This document shows positions 13,901-28,122 of a stretch of DNA of 64,000 nucleotides, piece by piece. Both the position numbers and the translations under genes were made by a program. This DNA comes from Botryllus schlosseri (lineage: Eukaryota), in NCBI GenBank assembly GCA_051294905.1, contig CM119383.1:8494001-8558000 (forward strand). The letters run 5' to 3'. The first letter of the stretch is position 1. Each line of letters begins with the position of its first letter. The notes below the pieces were generated by a model, which saw nothing but the letters and a program-made list of their open reading frames with translations, was not told the DNA's origin and searched no databases.

Positions 13901-16900
13901 ATCGAAAGCTACTGTCGCACCGATTCCAAAAATGTAAATGAAAATATGATCAGGCACTGAACCGCTTAGAATTCGCCCTCCAAGGCTGAATTATCGGCAT
14001 TGTCCGAACAATCGAAGAGCCGCAATGGGTCATTGTTATGGTCATTGTTTTGAGGTCATCCGATTGTTCTGAACAATGCAGATTTTAGATATTGAGGGTG
14101 GTTTTTCATCTAAGTACGGTGCTTCACCATATTTTGATTGATATTTTCGAAATCAGTGCAACAGTAGCTTTCGATCAAGACCGGATTCAGTAAATTCTGA
14201 GCTTTGGAAGACAACTTTTGGATTGCCAGAAATTCTACAGTAGCTGCCGTAAAATAAGTCTGAGTAAAGCTTCAGCGAAGCGGAACGAAGCTGCAAAATC
14301 GGTCGTTGCCATTCCACGTTTACATTCTATAGTTAAGCGAAGGAGAAAATAACAAACGCCAATGACGCACGCAGTGAAATTCTTCGCAACTAGCCATCCC
14401 CGAATTTAACGCTAACCTGTAACTGTCCTCTCTTGTCGGCCGGGAGATAGCTGTCCAGCTTCTGCGACTGCGGCCCGGGACCTCGGTCTTCCTGCTTGCC
14501 CTGCCCTCGAATCTAAACGAATGCGCTCGGTGAGAGAGAAAAACTTCACAGAAAAAAAAAGAAAACAAAATTACCTTCTTCCTTCTCTCGGCGACCTCTC
14601 TCGGATCCGTGTTTTTCGGGACAAACTGATTCGGGTCGGAGATTCTGATCGGCGTGCTTTGTTTTGAGCCGGCGTCCTTGCTCCACTGTAAGCAAACGAA
14701 GTTTAAACCTACGGGTATCTACTTTCAAGAGGCTCTCGGCTGTGCAGAATTTCAATATACAATCAAGTAATATATTCATATTGAAATAAACCCGTATATT
14801 TTCACCTGGTAGTCATCAGGGTAATCAGGTCAGCAACTGCGAAGAACATTACACATCAACAATCATATCACCACATGTGATGTCACAGGTATAAAAATTT
14901 GAACGATAACAGTCAAATAGACAAACAGTACATTGACCTGACATCATCTGTTGAACTTGACCATTTGAATTTTTATGCATGGACATCATATGTGATGATA
15001 CGTTTATTGAAATACAATGTCCTTTTCAATTCAATAGTACATTGACCTGACGTCATCTGTTGAACTTGACCATTTGAATTTTTATGCATGGACATCATAT
15101 TTGATGATACGTTTACTGAAATACAATGTCCTTTTCAATTCTCTACTAGTTGCAGAAGATTACCCCTGATGATTGTCAGTCGAAAATATTCGGGTTTATT
15201 TCAATATTTAATTATATACCGTATCTACTTTCGGATCATATTGTATCATTACCCTCGCTTTGGACTTGGGGCTCGCGTCACCGTTCACGGAAGCCGGTCC
15301 AGACGAGCCTTCTTCGGACACTGCCGACACCCGGGTGTACTGATTGGGCGAGTTGATCCACCTGGACGGTGGCGGGTGGGACTGTAGCCTCGACCTCCCA
15401 TCTGCCAAAGCAAAGTTGAAATCAGGGATGCAACAATCAGAGCTGGTCAGATAGTATGATTACCGATTAGTAGCTGGATGATTCGAATCTGAGAATTGTA
15501 TTGACCTTAAATTCTAATTGACTATTCGAGTAGCGAAGCCTGTTATGATGTCGCGACAGACGACCAGTAACACTTTGACGAAATGATTGGAAGGTCTCGA
15601 TCAAGCTCAGAACAATATGATAGTAACCTGTGATGTAGTCAATATCAGAAATACTTGTCTCTCTAACTCTTTTCTTGGAGTCAGTGTATCAGAAAGCGTT
15701 GGTAGTATTTAACAAACTAATTACGCATCATCATCCTTTTTGGCAGCCAAGAGGTTTCACAAACCTTGAATTTCATCGAGAGGAATTGTGTGTCCGTGTG
15801 AATTGCCAGGAAGTTCCACGTCGCTTCTCGGCTTCGGTTTTCTGGTGTTCACAATCGGGTTTTTGTACTGATATCCAGTCCTATAGCCCTGAACATTTAC
15901 ATTATCTATCAGAATTCTATTACTAACATTCCGAGGCATAAATTGATAAGTGCTACTTTTCATTTATGACTAGTACAAAGTCATCAAATAATCCATAAAT
16001 AGTTCCCAGTATGCCGAATACCAGTATGTAATTGTCCACAGAGATGACTGCTTGAGTTAAGGTACTGCTGTATGCAGTATTATAAAATTAGAAGAACACA
16101 TCATCCGTTGTGGGTAGCTCCAGAAGCATATTGCTAGATTGCAATAAAATATTTCATGTTTGTGAGACTTTGGAGGTCACAACTGGCGATCAGAATCTAT
16201 TGTAAGCTGGTCCACGGCCTGGCTAAATGGGGAAGGTATAAGAAGGAAGGGCATCTGGTGTGACACTGCAGTCGTATTATGATATGGGGTCAATGAAATA
16301 CATATATACAAAACAGTTTGGGTGGAATTTGAATCTCAAGTACTAGATAACTTTCTGGTGAACAATCCTAGTGTGTATTGTCCATTCGGGATATCACACA
16401 CCAAATTATATTTATAACTATCGCAGACGGATTGGGCCTACCAGCAGGATCAGCGTTGATAGTCCATTACATAAGCCAAGGCTCCAATATACAACTCCTT
16501 ACAATGCGACCCGCCATTGACATGATTAACAACAGGACACATAAAACGTGGCTGGAAGCGCAATAAAAACTTCGACCACTCGACAGCCAGTGTTAAATCT
16601 AGTGTTGATCTCAACATCATTATATTTACACAGCAAACACTGAAGGGTTTCGGCAGGAAGCATGGCCGTTCAACCGGAATTAATTCAGTAACATGTAGCA
16701 CCCTCAGTCTCATACAAGCCAAAATGATCTTGTACTGTGATCTACGGTCATTGGCCATGTACAAATGACAAGCCGGCAGTGTAATAAAACAATATGATTT
16801 TCTCAATACCACGTATGAATCATGAAGACACACATAATCTAATGTCTCAGGTCAAGTCGGACTGGAGTGGGTATAAATAGCAACAAAAGATTATTGTTTT

Positions 16901-19900
16901 TACAAGAACACTTCCAAAAGTCAGACAAGAGGCAGCGACATAACATAGGATTCACATTTTCCAAGCATAGGATTCATAGAAAAAAAACAATAATAAGCTG
17001 GCTGCACGGTACATCGATACTGGTATAAAAACATAGGGAGAAGTGACCATCCCACCATTGTCAATGTCAAAATTGGATATAGCAATAGGTGTCGGGGAGG
17101 GGGGTTAAGCATTGTTCTGCGGATTGGATGCAAGAATGTAATAGGCAACATTGAATGGTTTACCAGTATCTGACAGTTTATATTTATTCAATTCATGAAA
17201 TAATGCATAATGATTCAAATCAACTTAAAATTTGATTTTTAACCAAAGAACAAAGCATTCTTGTGACGAGTGAAGTATTGGTTCATTTATTTCAGGATTC
17301 TCCAAATTTACAAAAACAGAAGTTTTGCGAATGTTGTATCTATATATGAAATGTGTATTTGGTGGACTAAATGGGCTATCGCGGTGTATGGGATTCAACA
17401 CAACTGTACACAAAGTCATGGCAAACATACCGATGCCAATGCCTCGTACTGAAAGCTGCATTTCAACTCAAAACTAAGTTATCTTCAAATCTAGTACCAT
17501 AACTTTCTGTGGTATTCGAATTAAAAATTGTTGCGTTTCGTGAAATGTTGCATCGCAACGTCCAACGTATAAAAACTGTCCGGAGCGCCAATAAAGAGGC
17601 CGGTTATGCGGACTTGATGGTACTTGAAACACGGTAGACTTTGCACTGAGAGCCTTGATACAACATTTGAGGCCCGGTGTAGATTTCAAGTAGCCGAAAA
17701 ACCCAACTAATTCTATCCATCAACCCAGTTCCCTCCGTATTTTAAGTGCCACTACTGTAATTCACGGCTAGAGACTACTTTGTCAAGGGCCTCGCGATCC
17801 TAGTTCAAACACCGTCACAAAGTCAGCATTTCGCCAACACCCGCAGACTTTACATACAACCCTACACCGAATAACCGGGATAATTATTAACAAGCAAATC
17901 ATCGATTATACCTCACGGTTTTGTATCATTTTTAACCAATGTAGCTAAGTTTACAGTGGTCAGACAGATAGCTTTAAAAATCAAATGAGAGATGCGTTAC
18001 CATTGAGATATTAATCCATTATCTCATTCTTGGAACTGGTCATATCAAATCGAGATTGGTACAGCCGTCGAACACATTGAACGTGACAGACTGTAACATG
18101 GTTCAATGTCAAACAAAAGACAACGTTTCGCTTTTCAAATCTACTGGGTGCGTAATATATCACAGAATTTTGAAAAAAAAATGATAAGATCGGGCGTGTG
18201 TTATGCTACTGCGTACTGCCTACAATGAAAACCACTTCAATCACTCAGTGTGGTATAGAATTGACATTATCATATTACAGTATATGCCGGGGATAATCTT
18301 TTCCATTGTCTGTTGGTAACTCAAAATATTAGAAGTACTTCAAACTTTAACGGTAAGAACAACTGGCATTCAGCTTCTTTGAGTGCATTTAGAAGCGTGC
18401 TTAGGTGTAAATACTACTGTGGAGCCACAGATATAAAGTTACATTGAGAAATCCCATAACTAGCTCTATTCACAGGGAATTCTCCACGCTTGGATTAGAA
18501 TGGCTTACCATATTGTCTAGCATTCTCATGTATGCTTCAAACATCAATTCACCATATCCCCACTGAATCGGGTCGTCTTTATTCACCATTGTCTCCGCCC
18601 CAGTTCTGACAGTTTCAGCTACCTTGTTCCTCGTCGCTTTATCGAGAACGATTAGTTTCTCCGGTTTAACACAGGACATGACGCGTATCTTCGATAAAAA
18701 TTGTGATATTACAACCGTTGTAAATGTGCTCGAAATAGAATCAAGTGAACTCCACCTGAGTTTTGCAAGCTTCGATGGCGGTGCAAAGTAAATGATAGGC
18801 TTCCTCAACGGTTTCTCCGCAAGCCAGCATGCCGTGGTTTCTCAGTAACATAACCTGGAATACAAAAAATCTGTAGTATTTCCCAGTTATTAGTCGCCAT
18901 TTGACCGTTGATGTAAGCTAACAAATTAGCGTCAACATAATAACAGACTAAAAACGCCATTCCACACGTACATACACATAAAGCACTGAGATTATATGGA
19001 GAGGTCATAATCTTATGAATACAGTTTCCTAAAACATCATCATACACTTTGCAAGTTTACAAAATGTCTCAAATACACAATGAGCAAAATAGCACTTTCA
19101 ATATTAAACACTCGTCACTTCAAATAACAAGATATTCTCAAACCGTAAGTGCCATCCAGCTGTACTTACAACCACAAACACTTATAGACCAGTAATCGGT
19201 GACATGCTATAGCAATCTAAACCAGAAACCATCCATAAATCATCGATCCAGTCATAACAGATTGGAGAGGCATAAAATTATCTAGTCTACACTTCAATGA
19301 ACCCACGCCCGTTTGCATGTATAGTACACATTTACGTTGGCCACCGATCTGTCAGAGTGCATACAAATTATTTTGCCATCTAAGATGATGTATTGTTCCG
19401 TAATGACCAATTTTCCATATCAATTTAGATCGATGAGGTATCTGATATTGCTAAATCACATTTTCTGAAGCGAAATGGTCTGGAAAATATTCGATTTCAA
19501 AATTCACAAACTAGGGAGCTTTGGATAGACATCTGTATATGCAATGCAGAAAATAACTCACATACATGATACATTCCTTACCTGAACACCGCATTAACCT
19601 TGAATTCGACGTGAATTAAGCTACACAAACACGGAATCTTACTTTATTATTTGGTCCGAGATGCTTCAAGAGCGACTTTTTCTCTTTTTGGTCCACCACG
19701 ATCCCATTGTAAGGATGGATCGAAACTTCGCCGAGTATGCAGGCCTCTTGCGATATTGGTAGGATTCCGCCTTCCATCATGGACACCTAAAAGACAACTT
19801 CTATGACAAAAGGACTATACGAAGTGACTAAAAGACAACTTCTATGACAAAAGGACTATACGAAGTGAATACAGGGTAAAACATAACTCATATCTCATAC

Positions 19901-22900
19901 ACAATTTCCATGTATATATTGTAACTACCTTCTGAACAGCAAAGATTTTTTGAAGATAGGTATGGAATTTGTAAGCAGTGTTGTCATGAATTTGCTGTAA
20001 GAATTATGACTTCGACTTGCACAGATATGCACTAAAATAGAACAAAAGGTGCAAAAATTACATGGCTGTGTCACGTTGAGTGTATACCGCAAATACTGGT
20101 TAATCATTCCCTTGTGAAATACGATTTGGATTATTATTTGAACAATTTATGACCGGATTTCGTATCACCCGTAAATTTCGATAATTAGCATCAATTGTGA
20201 GCAAGGTGATATAGAAAAGAAAAGGGTCCCTTAAAAGATAATGGCTTACGCACCGCTATTACTTCAGGAACATGCACATGAATCACACAATTCAAGTCCG
20301 GTCGGCCGGAATGAATGGCAGAATGAATCGTGAAGCCGGCTTTGTTGATTGGAAAATTCGTCGTGCCCTGGTCAATGACGTCGCCTTGCATATTTATCTG
20401 TCAAAAGAAGAATTTGTTCAAGAAAAACACTTCAACAGACACTGGTGCAATATTACCAACACAGGTTACAATACCAACCATTCTACTAACAAGCTACTAG
20501 CTACATATTTTGAAAAATTCCATGTTTGAAACCATGTTGTCCGACTAGGCTGCAAAGCATTGCAGATTACACGACCGTCGCATACGCAGTCAGAACCGTC
20601 ATTATAAATATTTCATTACTGTCAATGCGGCGGATAGCATGGCCAAACTCGGGTGTGTAAAACGATAGACTACATCAAGATATCGCGTCTCTAATCAATG
20701 GTCGGAGATGATCGATAAAAGTTTCCAGGATCAATGTTGCAGTTTGGGATTGCCCTGATAGTATGTTTGATTTCAACTTGCAACTATCAGTATTTTACAA
20801 TAAACAGCTGATAGCAGACGTAAATATGAAGTCAAACCCTGTCAAACAGTATTTTACAGAGCATTACCTATCCAAAATATGGTATTACAATATCTCTATG
20901 TTCTCCCAGAGCATAGATGGATGCCATTTACAAGGAATTGATTAGGAGCAGGTCTGCGAGAATAGCTCTGCATTTGAAAATAAACAGACCTCTCGATAAG
21001 GGACAAGAGCCGTGCTTGTTAAGTGTTTGATCAAGGTATCGGCAAAGTGTGGAGATGAGCGGCTTGTATTAACCTACCATGCCTTTCACTCCGCGCCACA
21101 CCCTTCTAGGTAAATTTCATCGCCATTCATAGAGCCAACTGTAAAAGTACACTTTACCAGTGGAAAAATATGCGAAATAGTGGAGCTTTAATTAAAATTG
21201 AGCATGAAAGTATATTATTTGGCAATATCTGGTCCGATGCAATAATGAATTTAAACAAATATTAACCAAGCTAACATGCAATAGATGCAAAAATCAATTT
21301 TTTTCAAGGTATACAGTATCAATTCCGCCAAGTGTGATTTTGCAGAATAAAAAGATATTATGACAGCAAAATAGTGCAGTACTAGTCATCTGTTGACCAA
21401 CTCTTATCTGGCATCCCACGAACCTTTAGCAGCTTTGAGGCCGACACTTCGTGATACAGAAGACCGAATGGGTTGATAAGAAAGTGTTCTTGCTCTTTCT
21501 CGACACGATACTGCAACAAAAGTCAATATTCAATTATTGCCTCTATAGTCAACGCAATAAATTTGCGGATAGAATTTCAACGTAAAGTCTACTTTTCTCG
21601 AATCACAGAAAATATACGGCACATCACGACACCGATAATACCCTGAAAGTTACAGCAAGATAGTACAAGATTCGAACTTCATGAATTATTCAAACACGGC
21701 AAGGTCTCTGCCGTCTTAGAAAAGCAAGGGTCTTTGAAGTAAGAACCTGAGCAATTCTGTTTGAGTATGACTCTGATGTGTGACTAACTGTATTATAATT
21801 TTTTATTAGATTCAAATCAACTTCATATTACAGACACATTCCAGGAACAAGCAATAAGTATCTCAAAATTACACGCAATCATTTTATCAAAAACCTCCCA
21901 GCAGGCAATCTCTATTAGGCTATACACTACAAATGGAAACCGTGACGCCTTGAAATCTTTGATCTATAGGATTCAACTTTTTTCCCCAGCAGAACGTTTT
22001 AATAAGGCAGATACCGGTATCTATGGTGGGAACAACATTGTCCAGTATACGTCATTCAAAAGTTTAGAGGCGAAAGTTGGTATGGCGATAAAATCATTTA
22101 ATACAGGATATTATTGACGACAATTGGAACATGGTGCTTGAAACGCATGATATTCTTGTGAGGACTGAGACTTAATTCTATTTGCAAGGATAAATCAGAC
22201 ATAATCTATGCTCAGTAAGAATAGAGTTTACTGTGACACGGATCAGACTTTCCAAAATTAGAGGGAAAGACGCACACAAGATTATTGGGCTCCACTTATC
22301 TCGCTTCATTTGAACTTCAGCAATCCCATTCAAATATTCAGATGCTCACAATTTGTTTGTCAAGAAAGATTTTTATTCCAATACCTCACTCCACCTCTCA
22401 GACTTATAGCCTGTACTTCATTCCGATTTGGATGTATGTTGGTATTGATTATGCAAAATTTACCCTGATTCAGCCGTGGTCATAGCAAGGAAGGAAAATT
22501 CTGTACCGAAAAATACCTGAAGCTGGTGATGGGCCATACCGACGGTGGTTAATCAATCTGTTATACCAATAATGGTAATGAATTAGAAATTGCTATTAGA
22601 ACTTAGCAGAAATATTGACATGCAAATTGTGGTATTAACCATCTTTGAATTACAAGACCAGCATTTGATTAATCGAAACTAACTTCTTCAAAAGACCAAT
22701 CCAAATCCTGGAGCTAGGCATATCACTTACACTAATATGATTGTAAATCTGCATCGACCATCCGTTTAAATCAACCAGCCTATAAAGAGCTGCAACTTTG
22801 CATCTTGCCAGCTTTTCCCCTTTAGTATATCGTGAACAATCCGAGCCTGTGATATCGTTAATGGGCGAAACGCATCCGATTCCTAAACGCAAATCATTCA

Positions 22901-25900
22901 TTATGCAAGCAAAATAGCGAATTAAACGAAAGATCGCCGGTGTTTAGCATATATAGCATTAAGGCCATGCTCCATGCAATGCAACATACTCCCAGCTTCC
23001 GCTTGAGATTGAGAAACAACATTATTCACAAGTTACATTTACAATGACCAGACCAAAGCAAATAGGCCTATGCAGTTTATCAAAGTATATCATAAACCAG
23101 TATTTGACTTATTTTATCCCCCATGACCATTTACCACTGCTGATTAGCAGATTGAAGCAGTAACCGCAGTGATTACATGGCCTTATCTAGTTCTTGTGTA
23201 TACCATGTTCAAAAGAGGCAGCAGATCAAGTCATACTGAGGACCTACCTACCCAGAAGACATTAATAGCTGGGTACAATCTTGACAATGACAGTAACAGA
23301 TATGCATTTTCACAAACAATCTTCCATGACTCACAGAAATATGAAAAAAGGAACACAAGTTCTTATGGGTAGCAATGTAATTATATTTGTGAGCATAACA
23401 TATCAAATTTCTAAAAGAAATGACAAACTTGTTGTAGAATGACACATCTAGTCGGTGGTGTTGACTTACAAGTTGGGATGTTAGAAACAGAATTTATTCA
23501 GTCTATTTTTGTGTCACCCAGACAATCATGCCATAATGACCATAAAATAACAGGTACCATGGACATGACTCACTTACAAGAGCGAGCAAACAATCTTATT
23601 TTGATTCTAAATCGTTTCAACACAGGGGTTAAATGGATTCCTCTGAAACATGTGTTGTAAAACAAAAAGTCATGAGCATGCAATATCTGTATCTGTCTCA
23701 ATATATAACGGTGGGACGGGAGTCATTCATAGGCATCACAGGCGCCACAGCCTGCTAAACATCCTACATATCTTACAGCATACAGCAGTACACCTACTGT
23801 CCTTTGCACCATACCTAGAGAGTATGATCCCATTATTTAATTAAATATTTACAAACAGCTACCATTTTCAGCAGCATTTAATAGTGTTGCAAGCGTCAAA
23901 TTTAACCGAGCAAAGAGCATGGAAAATTAACTGGATAAGATTTAGATATAAGCTACTCAACAACAGTTTTGCATTTCCATTATTATTATTACCATATTTA
24001 CCATGCAAGTTTTTGTAGAAGAGATCCTACAGCTAATTACCATTACAGAGTCACATGAATCATTTCCGAATATCTGCCAAATTATCAGGCAAGATTAAGA
24101 TTGGGTAAGTCCACATAATTGGGGCAGGATCAAATTACTAGTTGATAATCACACCCAATTAGTGCTGTGATAATGAATGTGACAAGGCATCATTATTACA
24201 ACATGGCATGGCACCAGTGACAATACAAAGCAATCACCTGTCTTCATGCTGAAGCTGCTGGAACCTGTTTTGGTTGAGGAAACAGCAGAGCATAAGGAGT
24301 TGTGGAGTAAATCAATAAGAAATCGTAAATTACCAAAACCACAGTAGGCCTACCGGTCACAGCTTTTTAAACAAAAGGCCAATGACATTTGGCTCATAAA
24401 TTGAACTATTAAAAGACTGTTATGACATATCTTTACTAAACTACATAGGTCTAATCAGGATGGTGAATGCTATTCAAATTATTCGGCACCCTTTTACTGT
24501 TCACTTTTTAGACTCGCTCTAGTAGTTACTAGTAATGCTACTTATCAATTCCTGAATGTTATTGCAAAGCAATTGTTTCATAGATTGGCTTGTATTGAGC
24601 AATTGGAAAGCAATACTTTTGCTCGTACACCAGCAACCATCATATACCTAACCTTGATAATTTTACCTTGTACAATGTAGATAATTCAACCATTAGCTGC
24701 AGTACCGATAATTCACACAAACACAAGCCGCAGATAAATCATATTGAAATAGCCATAGTTTTTCAAAAAGACAGACAATGAGGAGTGAATGCATAAAAAA
24801 GGGCACATTTCATCAACTACAGACAGTCAAACACGATGTGTCGGAAATATCAAGAAAATCCAAACCCGTAATGTAACAACATAACGCTAACAAGATTGTA
24901 AAGCAAAAATTAAGTGCGGCATCACAAATGTACAGAATTTTCTAGAGAGTACCAACCGGTATTTCACGAATGCAATGAAAACTTACCCATTCTGTGTGGC
25001 GACAGCATGTTCGCTATCTCCTCGGCTATGACATGACCGCCTCCATCGCCAGATCGCAACAAATCAGTAACGACGGTCTCAAGCTCTTCTTTGAACATCT
25101 AATCATAAAGTAATAAGTCAGCAAAGGACAATCCAATTGAGTAATTAATTGACTGACACTTGAAAGGTCAATTGCATTTGACATGGCAGACCAATATAAT
25201 ACCCAGCGGAGAAGCGTAGCTGTAAATTACATTTACAAGCTATAATGCAGCACTCGCTCCGTTATTGCCGCCATGTATCTCATACTTTTGACGTAGACGG
25301 TAGGCCTATGTGAATACAACCTGTAAACGCACATTTGTATATTATCAAGACAGAAAGTAAGCAGATAATATCTAAGGTTAAAAATGCGGCATTACCGGAC
25401 TTCTTAGAACTGATGACACTCTTTTTTTCTGTCCCAGGTCGGTAACGTCCTGGTCAATAACCATCGGTCGGCGTACTGGTTTCACTCCAAATTCCGCTTC
25501 TACATCAGCCCCTGAGCTGCCGTTAGGAGACACTGGCGGGGACTGAAAATAAGTTGATATCAATGTATTTTAACATCAAAATCGGGGATAATAGAATGAC
25601 CTGGTCGAACAATATATCAAACCCAACACAGCCTACAATATTCTATTAAAACTTTTGCACAGTGGTGCCTGAATAGTTTTGTCGGATAGATCACAACCAT
25701 GGTAAGCTAACAGAGCCTATATTGAGACATGGATGCACAACAGTGGTTCCCAACCTTTTGCGACTCATCGCCCCCTTATCAAGCTCCACATATATTTATC
25801 GCCCCCCCCCCCATATTTTTGGATTGGAAGAGATGGAAAATTGCTGATAAATTGACTGAAAAAATAAAAAGGTCAACTTTTTGCGACAATCCCGGTATCT

Positions 25901-27324
25901 GAGGATACGTTGTGGCAAGTTGACCTTTCTTTTTTGACAACTTTTTCGTGTGTATTTTGTGCCAGTATCCGTTTGCTAAGTAGTTGAATATATCTGACTG
26001 AACATTTCAAGATTTTCTCCCCCTATCGCCACCTTCCTACGTTTTCGACCCCTTTGTTATTCCCCCCGACTCGTTTATTAAAATCGCCCGTGTTGGGAGC
26101 CACTGGTTTATAACATCAGAGGTGAGCTTTGACTACTTCTACTTGATATTAGTATGTACATCCAAGAAAAATTATCACAACATGTATATTGCACGCAGTT
26201 CATATTTGATTTATAAGGCTATCAAAGAACAAAACCGGTGTCGACTAGAAGATTTGACGTAATCTCGAATCCATGAAAACATTTTAATTTCAAATTAGAA
26301 CACTTGAACAATATCATGTTACATTCTTTCAAGATATAACTCTTAGGTCACTACAAAAACAAACAGTGAAAAAGAACCATTGATTGGCATAATAACAATT
26401 TGAATAATGCAACGCACTCCTAGTAATGTTATTTCAATCAAAAACTGACCGCCATGAATTCTAATGTCAAAAGTTCAACAATTACACACAAACTTTCAGA
26501 CTAAACGTATTTAACATACCGTACCCAATAGTATTAAAACTAATGCTGTGGTAGACTATTTATGGCATCAAAGTCACCAAGCAGCAGCACATTGTGATTC
26601 AAAAGTAACTTGTTCAATGATAATAAGCTATTTGGGTACAGAACTTCAGAATATAGCAAAATAATAACTTCATATTGCTAATTTATTTGGTAAAAGCTTT
26701 TTGATCGACCATCATCAGTAGCGAACGTCAGAAATAGGGTGAATCAAATTTGAAAAGTGGGAACTGTTTTGCCTGTATGATATAATAATAACAAAAAGCA
26801 AACAACTAGTAGACAGGTCAGATCCATCATATGGCATAGAAAGATTATCTCTTTTATCTGGCGAACCGAGCGCTAAACCAAAAAAATCAAAAGTTGCGGT
26901 TGTACTGATTCTGAAAATATATATTATAATTTGGTCACTGCCACTGGAATTCCCCAAAACCAACTTCAACGCTGGAAATCGAAAAGTTCCTTACTGTCTA
27001 GAAGTATATTATCTGTCAATGAAAGCAATAGCACATTGTATCAAAGCGCTGGATAGGCCTATCTGATTGCCAACATAGGAAAATGGTGTGAAAATCACCC
27101 TCCATGAAACTCCAAATGCATACATTCAACTGACTAACAACCACATATTTCAATATTGATCCCTTTTTCAATTCTTCGGAAGTAATTTGATGATAGTATA
27201 AGACTTGGACTGAATTGAAATAAATAATGCAATAAATAGGTAAATGTACCACATTGATACCACATTCGTTTAAACGTACCTGGTGGCGTCCATTTTCTGC
27301 CATGTTAGGAGTTTTCATCGCCAT
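10934..27324 (-). CDS. ADD: Adducin (hts/ADD family), 18 coding exons, 753 aa
   Basis: Exons: 27324-27280, 25542-25396, 25098-24987, 24264-24238, 22882-22731, 21510-21424, 20397-20254, 19786-19643, 18854-18756, 18688-18509, 15888-15765, 15401-15253, 14685-14575, 14512-14417, 13603-13438, 13123-13058, 12069-11864, 11140-10934. All GT-AG, phases compatible, total 2262 nt. Class II aldolase-like head motifs ([43 protein letters not shown]), neck (GYRTGY, DPNQFVP, GPQSQ) and a basic MARCKS-like tail ([14 protein letters not shown]). The first exon and the 27-nt exon are the least certain. Confidence 0.95.
12536..12900. repeat. Two tandem copies of a ~200 bp dispersed repeat
   Basis: CAGACACCCACCTTGGCCT(A/C)GGCGAT...GAGATCGATAGGTCAG...GTGGTCC near 12536 and 12737; related pieces near 9081, 57649-57770 and inverted near 58131. 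Confidence 0.8.
13745..14331. mobile_element. Fold-back (long inverted repeat) non-autonomous element with 7-bp TSD, P/Galileo-like
   Basis: Arms of roughly 200+ bp are near-perfect reverse complements (TATATAATGTAAACGTGGAATGGC... / ...GCCATTCCACGTTTACATTCTATA); flanks GTTAAAC (13738-13744) and GTTAAGC (14332-14338). Lies in an adducin intron. Confidence 0.85.
14927..15141. repeat. Tandem duplication, 109-bp period, 2 copies (adducin intron)
   Basis: AGTACATTGACCTGAC...TTTTCAATTC starts at 14927 and again at 15036. Confidence 0.9.
19787..19868. repeat. Perfect 41-bp tandem duplication including an adducin splice acceptor
   Basis: CTAAAAGACAACTTCTATGACAAAAGGACTATACGAAGTGA twice, directly abutting the exon starting at 19786 (minus). 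Confidence 0.92.
25741..26105. mobile_element. hAT-type MITE (CAGTGGTTCCCAAC family)
   Basis: TIRs CAGTGGTTCCCAAC / GTTGGGAGCCACTG; a related right end at about 57597-57648. No matching TSD seen. Confidence 0.7.
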
Positions 27325-28122
27325 GAACTTAGATTCCCTTATTTACACTTTTATAAGATCCAATACTTGCAATACAATCCACTGATATCAAATGTTTAAA
27401 AAGCACATTCACTAACGACACAGCTCATGCATAATACGCTGAAAAGAAATTCATGTCATGATAATATATCAATAAATACTTGGTATTTACTATAGGAACC
27501 AAGTTTCTTTCCTCAAATCAAACCTATAACTCGCGATTCATCAATTTTATCAAGTTTCAAAGAGACGTCGAAATAAACAAGACACCAAAAGCGTCGCGTA
27601 TGATTATAATCAAATATCACATTACAAATTCAGGAAAGCATGATCAGTATCATTCTAACGCACACCACACCTGGCTATCTATCTGTCACATTTCTGCGGT
27701 GCATTCTGATCAGACTGCATCTTGATTGACGTTCACGCTACTGTCACCATTACACCTACATGCTACATCGCCGCCATCGTCATACAATGATAACCGAATA
27801 CTACTCAATATGATAAAAGGGCACCGATAAATGTAGTTCGCGTAGCAGGATCACTATAGCGTACGAGTCTATAACAAATTAACCATAAAACGACCAAACA
27901 AAATGCAATACGCGAGAAGCGAAGCTGGCCTATTTGCAAAGCTACTACGACCGCATATTACCAAACTGCAGCTGAAACAAAAATATCAAAATGGTCATGG
28001 CTCGGTGGAGTTTAGATAAACACGATTTTTGTGTACTACTGACACTTGTCGGCGAGGCAAGATTCAAGTATCCCACCGATAGGTGGCGACATCTCAAGAT
28101 ACCAACTACCAAACTATCTAAC

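Noticed and set aside
28076-28088. CTCF-like motif CCGATAGGTGGCG near the adducin upstream region
   Set aside because: One mismatch at a core position and a single occurrence; cannot be supported from sequence alone.
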